Shown here in pieces: positions 57,997 through 64,000 of a stretch of 64,000 nucleotides of DNA. The first letter of the stretch is position 1. Each line of letters begins with the position of its first letter. The notes under the pieces were generated by a model. The model was not told the DNA's origin and ran no database searches. It saw only the letters and a list, made by a program, of their open reading frames with translations. The position numbers and the translations under genes were made by a program. The stretch is from positions 3,909 to 67,908 of the forward strand of contig JBGTEJ010000055.1 of assembly GCA_041747855.1 (NCBI GenBank), given 5' to 3'. The stretch is from Acidimicrobiia bacterium. GTDB taxonomy: Bacteria; Actinomycetota; Acidimicrobiia; Spongiisociales; ZC4RG35.

Positions 57997-59185
57997 ATCG
58001 CGCCGCTTCGTCCGAACCCTTGGTGGCATCCCCCTCCGTGTAGGAGTGGGCACCGGCACCCGCCAGATGGCCCGAGTCGACGATCAGATACTCATCCCGG
58101 ATCGGTCGTCCCTCCAACCAGCATTCGAGGATCTCCCGTGTACCTGCGGCATACCGGGCCTGGGCGGAAAGACTGGTGCCAGAAGTGTGCGGGGTCATGC
58201 CATGGTTGGGCATGGTCCGCCACGGGTGGTCCTGAGGGGCTGGTTGGGGGAACCAGACGTCCCCGGCATAACCAGCCAGTTGACCCGACTCCAATGCCCG
58301 TACCACGGCGTCACGATCGCAGATCTTGCCCCGGGCCGTGTTCACCAGGAACGCGCCCCGCTTCATCTTCGAGATCAGCCCATCGTTGAACAGGTGCTCG
58401 GTCTCGGGGTGGAGTGGAGCATTGATGGTGACCACGTCGCAGACCGCAACCATCGACTCGACGTCAGGGTGGAAGGTGACACCAAGTTCCTCCTCGACTT
58501 CTCCCGGCAAGCGGTGCTTGTCGGTGTAGTGCAGACCAACCTCGAAGGGCTTGAGGCGACGCAGGACCGCCGACCCGATCCGTCCTGCGGCCACGGTTCC
58601 AACCTGCATTCCCTCGAGGTCGTAGGACCGTGACACCGCGTCGGCGATGTTCCAACCACCGTCGACCACGATCTGATACGACGGGATGTAGTTGCGGACC
58701 AACGCCAGGATCATCATGACCACGTGCTCGGAGACACTGATGCTGTTGGAGTAGGTGACCTCTGCGACGGTGACACCGTGTGCCATGGCAGCCTGGAGGT
58801 CGGTGTGGTCGGAGCCGATCCCGGCCGTGATGACAAGTTTCAGGTTCGGGGCCTTGGCGAACCTCTCGGCCGTCATGTACGCCGGCCAGAAGGGCTGTGA
58901 GATGACCACGTCGGCGTCATGGAGGTTGCGTTCGAACTCGGAGTCGGGGCCGTCCTTGTCGGAGGTCACGACCAGGGCGTGACCGCCACCTTCCAGGAAG
59001 TCTCGGAGCCCGAGGGCACCCGACACCGAGCCCAAGAGCTCGCCAGGGGTGAAATCGATCGCCGACGGTGACGGAGTGGTCTGCCCGTCGTGATAGGTCT
59101 CGATTCGGGGAATATCGTCCCGTGCGTAGTCGGGCGGATACCCGTCCATCGGATCGTCGTACAGGACACACAGCACTTTCGCCAT
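57983..59185 (-). CDS. NAD-dependent formate dehydrogenase
   Basis: MAKVLCVLYDDPMDGYP... from ATG 59185. It has a D-2-hydroxyacid dehydrogenase fold with GTVAAGRIG. The ORF-track N-terminal extension is discarded. Confidence 0.88.
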   Translation of the reverse strand: MAKVLCVLYDDPMDGYPPDYARDDIPRIETYHDGQTTPSPSAIDFTPGELLGSVSGALGLRDFLEGGGHALVVTSDKDGPDSEFERNLHDADVVISQPFWPAYMTAERFAKAPNLKLVITAGIGSDHTDLQAAMAHGVTVAEVTYSNSISVSEHVVMMILALVRNYIPSYQIVVDGGWNIADAVSRSYDLEGMQVGTVAAGRIGSAVLRRLKPFEVGLHYTDKHRLPGEVEEELGVTFHPDVESMVAVCDVVTINAPLHPETEHLFNDGLISKMKRGAFLVNTARGKICDRDAVVRALESGQLAGYAGDVWFPQPAPQDHPWRTMPNHGMTPHTSGTSLSAQARYAAGTREILECWLEGRPIRDEYLIVDSGHLAGAGAHSYTEGDATKGSDEAARFSRS

Positions 59186-59257
59186 CTCGAACCTCCTGAG
59201 GGCGAAACATAGCCCCGGGTGGGACCGGGAGAGGGAGAGGGATAGGGTTCGGTTCCA

Positions 59258-60061
59258 ATGACCCGCACGAGGTGGATCAGTTGGGTCGGTGGCCTGGGCA
59301 TCGCCATTGGACTGTGGATCGCATTCGCCTACCTGGCAGGGGACTTCAACATGTCTCACTGGTGGTGGGACAGGTCAGGGCTGCTTTGGTCGTCGCTCGG
59401 CTTCGTTGTGGCAGGAGCCGTGGTCGTTGCTCTGGCGCGGGTCAAGTCTGGTAACTGGATGCTTGCGATGATCCCGGCAGTGTTGCTCGGTGTCGCATAC
59501 ACCTTGGGGCGCCCGCTCGGCCCAGGGGGTCGCCCAATCTGGGATTGGCTCGACAACGGATTCGACCTGGTCACACCGGTTGTAGTCGGAGCGCTGGTCG
59601 CAGTAGCACTCTGGCTCATCTGGAAGGCTGGCGCTGACCACTCGGACTACGCGCCTCGACCCGGAAGAACCCGATCGGCTTTGCTTCTCGTCGGGGGCGC
59701 ACTTCTGGCCCTCGTCTTCCTGGTGACTTTCGACCGCCTACAGCGCGCCTACTTCAGCAACACCAATCTCGAGGAGTTCGCGTACGCCCGCTGGCAGGTG
59801 TCGGGACTCGTCATCCTGGGAGGAGTCTTCGCTGGAGTGTTCCTGGTGACCCGACGAGCCCCGCTCCTCCACCTCGGGGCACTGGTCATGCTGAGCCTCA
59901 TGTTCCTGGCATATCCTCGCGTTTTCGGAGCAACCAGCGAATGGGCTTCGCGTCTGTTCGTCCTCGCAGAGGATGCGGAGGCGTCTCCAGCGATACCACT
60001 CGCAGTAGGAGTGCTGCTTGGGATCCTGGCGTCCCGACCCGGCCGCGATCCATCCTCGTAG
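59258..60061 (+). CDS. polytopic membrane protein, unknown function
   Basis: 267 aa with about 8 hydrophobic segments and no motif recognised. Confidence 0.5.
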   Translation: MTRTRWISWVGGLGIAIGLWIAFAYLAGDFNMSHWWWDRSGLLWSSLGFVVAGAVVVALARVKSGNWMLAMIPAVLLGVAYTLGRPLGPGGRPIWDWLDNGFDLVTPVVVGALVAVALWLIWKAGADHSDYAPRPGRTRSALLLVGGALLALVFLVTFDRLQRAYFSNTNLEEFAYARWQVSGLVILGGVFAGVFLVTRRAPLLHLGALVMLSLMFLAYPRVFGATSEWASRLFVLAEDAEASPAIPLAVGVLLGILASRPGRDPSS

Positions 60062-60158
60062 GGCATCGTCCCTTCGAGCTCCGAGTACCGTCGAGCTCGC
60101 GCGGGGTCCCTCGCGCGTCAGTGGCTTGGACTCTGACAGCTTTCGAAGGGAGTTCGCG

Positions 60159-60830
60159 ATGGGCGAGTCAACGAGCGGATCAGACTTGATCTCCGCGGCC
60201 GGGTTCCACCGGGCGCGGGGTGTCTCCGACTGGCGGGTCACAGGGACAGGCCCGCAGGCCGTCTTCACCGCGACCTCTCTCTCGCACGCGGCAGACCTCA
60301 TCGCCCCTGTCGTCGCCGCTGCTGAGCGATTCGGCATTCTGCCCGACGTTGACATTCGACCCGAGGGAGTCGTCGTGCGTATCCCCTACCGCAGCCCGGA
60401 TGGCATCCCCGCAGCCGCCGGGGAGTTCGCGGCGGCTGTGTCCCGGGCAGCCGCCCAGCTGCAGCTGCCCGCCGATCCCTCACTAGCGCAGTCGATCGGC
60501 ATCTACGTCGCCCAGCACTCCCGGGCCGACGTGCGACCGTTCTTCAACGCCGCACTCGGTTATGAAGCGTTCGGCGACACGGATGCCGTCGATCCGCTGC
60601 GCTGCGGGCCGCAGCTCGCCTTCAACCCGATCACCGGCGACTCTCCGGCGAGAGGCCGGACGCACATCGATGTCTTCGTGCCGGCCGACCAGGCTCGGGC
60701 GCGGGTGGAGGCCGCCCTCGCCGCCGGAGGGAGACTCGTCGATGACTCGCGCGCCCCCGCCTGGTGGTCGCTCGCGTCGACCGACAACCACGGCGTGGAC
60801 ATCGCGTCCTGGACCGACACGTACGACTGA
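60159..60830 (+). CDS. pterin-4a-carbinolamine dehydratase-like domain fused to a glyoxalase/VOC-like domain (tentative)
   Basis: From ATG 60159. W-V....A.F.F.SF..A..L...VA layout at the N-terminus, and HIDVFVP...A.AAGG.L at the C-terminus. Confidence 0.45.
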   Translation: MGESTSGSDLISAAGFHRARGVSDWRVTGTGPQAVFTATSLSHAADLIAPVVAAAERFGILPDVDIRPEGVVVRIPYRSPDGIPAAAGEFAAAVSRAAAQLQLPADPSLAQSIGIYVAQHSRADVRPFFNAALGYEAFGDTDAVDPLRCGPQLAFNPITGDSPARGRTHIDVFVPADQARARVEAALAAGGRLVDDSRAPAWWSLASTDNHGVDIASWTDTYD

Positions 60831-60935
60831 CACGCTTTCCCTGTACGTCGTTGATGTCACCATGATCTGGCCCATCAGCACCCGTGGAGTCGCTGAGCAC
60901 CCTCGAGGCGGATCCGAGCATCGAACACGACAAAA

Positions 60936-60970
60936 CCCGCCCCTCTCACCGTGGTGGTGATCGGGGCGGG
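60936..60970. terminator. bidirectional intrinsic-terminator-like hairpin (AAAA-stem-loop-stem-CTTT)
   Basis: cccgcccc (60936-60943) pairs with ggggcggg (60963-60970), with inner pairing tcacc/ggtga. It is flanked by aaaa upstream and cttt downstream, and lies between convergent 60159-60830 (+) and ssrA (-). Confidence 0.55.
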
Positions 60971-61012
60971 CTTTCCGTCTATTCAAGGGCCCACTATCTC
61001 GTTAGCACCTGG

Positions 61013-61364
61013 TGGTGGAGGTGCGGGGAGTCGAACCCCGGTCCGTTGAGTCGTCAGCGAAGGCATCTCCGAGCGCAGTCGTCAGCGAGCTTCGAGAGCA
61101 GGAACCCTGACGACGAGTTTTCCTACCTCTATTCGGAGTTGGTCTTAGCCGTCAGGTCCCGAAATCCCTGACGGAGCATCCCGCATTGCGGCGCCCTGGC
61201 CCGACCCGGCGGGTACGGGTCGGCAGGACGGGCTGTTTATTTAGGCAGCCAGTGCGAAGTTATCTTCGGCACTTGTTTTGTTTTTCCGGTTTGTTAACGA
61301 GGCCCCGGAGACCTCGGCTCGCTTCCAACGCCTCAACACTCAACGTCGAAACCGTTTCACCCCC
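61013..61364 (-). ncRNA. ssrA: tmRNA (ssrA)
   Basis: 5' GGGGGTGAAACGGTTTCGAC and 3' GGTTCGACTCCCCGCACCTCCACCA form an alanine-type acceptor stem with G3:U. The internal tag reading frame GCC GAA GAT AAC TTC GCA CTG GCT GCC TAA (stop at 61241-61243) follows an A-rich tract. Confidence 0.92.
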
Positions 61365-61412
61365 TGGTGATAGAGTCCATTCTACTCCAAACCGAACGAG
61401 GGGCCAGCCGTC

Positions 61413-61796
61413 TCAGGGGAGGAACTGGACTCCGACCATCGCCCCGACGATGGTGACCAGGAGGACGATCATCCAGTTGGAGACAGTTTTCTGGAGCTCG
61501 CCTATCCGGACATGCACATCACTGATGCGTTCGTGGGTCTCACCGATTCGAGTAGCCATCTCGGCCGAGAGCTCAGCACGCAGCAGCTGGAGATCCCATT
61601 TGGTGGCCACTTCGTCGAGGTTGTGGAGTGGGATGGCAGTCATCAGGGTCTCAGTAGCGTCAGGACCGATGGTACTGGTCAGGGCGTTGTAGAGGTCGGC
61701 CCGGGCTGCCTCAGAGATCGGCATTCCGGTAGAACTACTGGGTGCCCCCCACCACGTCAAGGGGTTCGTCCCGAGTCGTGGGACGAGATCGGTCAA
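61413..61796 (-). CDS. coiled-coil protein with C-terminal TM anchor, unknown function
   Basis: 127 aa. TTG start overlapping the smpB stop. Heptad-like region LQLLRAELSAEMATRIGETHERISDVHVRIGELQ, then WMIVLLVTIVGAMVGVQFL. Confidence 0.4.
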   Translation of the reverse strand: MTDLVPRLGTNPLTWWGAPSSSTGMPISEAARADLYNALTSTIGPDATETLMTAIPLHNLDEVATKWDLQLLRAELSAEMATRIGETHERISDVHVRIGELQKTVSNWMIVLLVTIVGAMVGVQFLP

Positions 61797-62263
61797 CGCT
61801 TTCGACGCTGGACCTTCTCCATTTCGCGTTTGGCGTCGCGCTCCTTGAGGCTCTCCCGTTTGTCATAACTAGTCTTCCCCTTGGCGAGGCCGAGCTCCAC
61901 CTTGGCCTTGCCATCCTTGAAGTAGACCCGCAACGGCACCAAGGTCAGGCCCTTCTGTGCGATCTGCCCGGCGAGACGATCTATCTCCCGTCGATGCATG
62001 AGCAGCTTGCGGGATCGCTCGGGCTCATGACCACCCTCCCGGGCGAAGTCATAAGGAGCGATGTGCGCCCCCACGAGAAAGGCCTCACCCTTCTCGACCA
62101 ATCCGTAAGAGTCTTTGAGTTCCATCCGGCCGGCCCTCATCGACTTCACCTCAGATCCCATGAGGACAAGACCAGCCTCGACAGTGTCGACGATCGCGTA
62201 GTCGTGGCGGGCCCGTCGGTTGCTGGCGATGACTTTGAGCCGGCCGGTCTCACCGGTGGTCAT
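61793..62263 (-). CDS. smpB: SsrA-binding protein SmpB
   Basis: IASNRRARHDYAI, GSEVKS, LLMHRREI and a basic C-terminal tail. Confidence 0.94.
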   Translation of the reverse strand: MTTGETGRLKVIASNRRARHDYAIVDTVEAGLVLMGSEVKSMRAGRMELKDSYGLVEKGEAFLVGAHIAPYDFAREGGHEPERSRKLLMHRREIDRLAGQIAQKGLTLVPLRVYFKDGKAKVELGLAKGKTSYDKRESLKERDAKREMEKVQRRKR

Positions 62264-62266
62264 GGC

Positions 62267-63193
62267 TCAGAACCCGGTCGGGACGTCTGCGCCGGTGCCG
62301 TCGGCGTCCCGCAAGTATCTGCTGAGACCCAGAAGAGAACCAACCACGCCGGCGAGAGCTCCGAATATGAGGAAGAGGACACCCCAACGGAAGAACCAGG
62401 TCGGAGCTATGTCGAGCCGGAACAGTGCGAAGCCGGATCCGGCACGGGCCAGATTGGTGGCCCCAACCCACACTGCGAACACCGCCAGGGCGGCGCCAAC
62501 CAAACCTTCGATCAGGCCCTCCAATAGGAAGGGGACTCTGATGAACCAGTTGGAAGCCCCGACCGCCTTCATGATCCCGACTTCGTCACGTCGGGCATAG
62601 ATGGCAAGACGGATGGTGTTGGCGATCAGGACCACTGCCGCCAGGCCGAGCACCAGGGCCATCCCGAGACCAAGCACGTTGAGAACATTCGACAAGTTCT
62701 GAAGCTGTTCGATCTGTTCAGCTGCCGTTGCAACCAATCGCACCACCTGTTGCTGGGCCTCCAGCCGAAACCTCACGGTGGAGTGGAGCGCGATGTCCTG
62801 GAGCTCGATGCGAAGCGAAGCAGGCAGGACAGTTTGATCGATGTTGAGCATCTCTGGCTGATTGGCGAAGATCTCCTGATACTCGATCCACGCCTCGGCC
62901 TTGCTCACATAAGTAACGGGGGCCTTGACCTCTTCCCAGCTCTCGACTTGGGCGACGAGTGTCTGGTGGGCGTCGGCCGAGACACCATCGCTTCCTGTGT
63001 CGTGTAGAAAGGCGATGACATGCACACCCTCCTGCCAGGCGATGGTGTTGACCCTCAAGACCTCGTTGACCACTAAGGCACCGAAGGCAAGGCTCAGAGA
63101 GATGAAAACGGCGAGAATCGCCCCCACGACGATCAGCAGATTCCTGCGCAGGCTGTTGAACGCTTCCCGGAGCAGATAGAAGACCCGGCTCAC
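62267..63193 (-). CDS. ftsX: cell division permease-like protein FtsX
   Basis: 308 aa, 4 TM segments, large periplasmic loop, GASNWFIRVPFLLEGL motif, downstream of ftsE. Confidence 0.88.
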   Translation of the reverse strand: MSRVFYLLREAFNSLRRNLLIVVGAILAVFISLSLAFGALVVNEVLRVNTIAWQEGVHVIAFLHDTGSDGVSADAHQTLVAQVESWEEVKAPVTYVSKAEAWIEYQEIFANQPEMLNIDQTVLPASLRIELQDIALHSTVRFRLEAQQQVVRLVATAAEQIEQLQNLSNVLNVLGLGMALVLGLAAVVLIANTIRLAIYARRDEVGIMKAVGASNWFIRVPFLLEGLIEGLVGAALAVFAVWVGATNLARAGSGFALFRLDIAPTWFFRWGVLFLIFGALAGVVGSLLGLSRYLRDADGTGADVPTGF

Positions 63194-64000
63194 TCTTCCT
63201 CCACCGCAGGTGACGTGTATGGATCCAAACGGTCGGTTCGCCCCTCCACCGGTTCAGCAAGCTCGGCCAAAGGTGCCACCACCGAGGCGGGTGCAGCATG
63301 TCTCGGGGCCTTCGTGCCATCCTCTGAAGACTCGGGGAAGCTTTCGTATCGTCCCGTCTCTTCGTCGCGTGTCACCCGACCACCTTCGAGGGCGACGACA
63401 CGACGCTTCATGGCGTCGACGATCGCGTGATCATGGGTGGCCATGACGATGGTGGTGCCGGTCCGGTTGATACGGTCGAGCAGCTTCATTATCCCCACCG
63501 ATGTCTTCGGGTCGAGGTTCCCGGTCGGCTCGTCGCAGAGCATGATGGGGGGACGGTTGACGAAGGATCGGGCCACGGACACGCGCTGCTGTTCACCACC
63601 GGAGAGCTGACGCGGGTATCTGTCTCCCTTGTCTTCCAAACCAACGAGTTCGAGGACCTGATCAACCTGCGGTGCGATCACAGAGCGTGGTCGCCCGAGG
63701 ACTTCCAGGGCGAATGCCACATTCTCTGTAACTGTCTTGTTGGGCAGCAGCTTGTAGTCCTGAAAGACGGTCCCGACCGACCGGCGGAGGTAAGGAATCT
63801 TCCATTTGGGGAGGGCGGTTATGTCTTTACCGGCCACCCAGATCGTGCCCCGGGTGACCGGCTCATCACGGAGCAGCAGACGGATCACGGTCGACTTGCC
63901 CGATCCGGACGCGCCAACGAGGAAAACAAATTCACCTTTCTGGATGTTGAGGGACACGTCGTTGACGGCGACCGTGCCGCCTTCATAGACCTTGGTGACG
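63190..64000 (-). CDS. ftsE: cell division ATP-binding protein FtsE (5' end beyond window)
   Basis: The reading frame stays open to the window edge (..VTKVYEGGTVAVNDVSLNIQKGEFVFLVGASGSGKST). LSGGEQQR signature and Walker B IMLCDEPTGNLD. The internal M at 63957 is not the true start. Confidence 0.9.
   Translation of the reverse strand, partial: VTKVYEGGTVAVNDVSLNIQKGEFVFLVGASGSGKSTVIRLLLRDEPVTRGTIWVAGKDITALPKWKIPYLRRSVGTVFQDYKLLPNKTVTENVAFALEVLGRPRSVIAPQVDQVLELVGLEDKGDRYPRQLSGGEQQRVSVARSFVNRPPIMLCDEPTGNLDPKTSVGIMKLLDRINRTGTTIVMATHDHAIVDAMKRRVVALEGGRVTRDEETGRYESFPESSEDGTKAPRHAAPASVVAPLAELAEPVEGRTDRLDPYTSPAVEEE

Overview
High-GC actinobacterial-type chromosome segment (Acidimicrobiia-like gene content; taxonomy not verifiable here). 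About 50 kb (14.1-64 kb) is dense, mostly minus-strand core genome: rsfS-nadD, two tandem gap genes, trkAH, obg-rpmA-rplU-RNase E, tdk, rodA-mrdA-mreDCB, ndk, folC, clpXP-tig, six tRNAs, ndh, rdgB-rph, fdh, and ssrA-smpB-ftsXE. The first ~14 kb is accessory. A composite integrative island sits in tRNA-Ala(GGC) (13984-14057). Its far end is marked by a 48-nt perfect copy of the tRNA 3' part (328-375), and a diverged third copy (11056-11100) splits it in two. Module A (376-11055) carries an xis-int operon with a Zn-ribbon plus PD-(D/E)xK-like gene pair embedded in it. It also carries an AIPR abortive-infection-like gene, a type II R-M pair, a metallophosphoesterase, a SEC-C protein, an HNH protein and an ~870-bp non-coding stretch with iteron-like repeats. 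Module B (11101-13983) has no integrase but keeps the same phased GCGGACT arm repeats, starting exactly 101 nt from the core as in module A. It carries a translationally coupled two-gene operon (DUF4062-like 375 aa plus an unknown 265 aa), my best candidate for an undescribed conflict or defence system. Other points are a gap paralogue lacking the catalytic Cys and His, two multi-lesion pseudogenes, an LPXTG protein with nine near-identical 24-nt repeats, and a repeated ~62-nt intergenic hairpin element. All domain calls come from motif recognition by eye; no searches were run.
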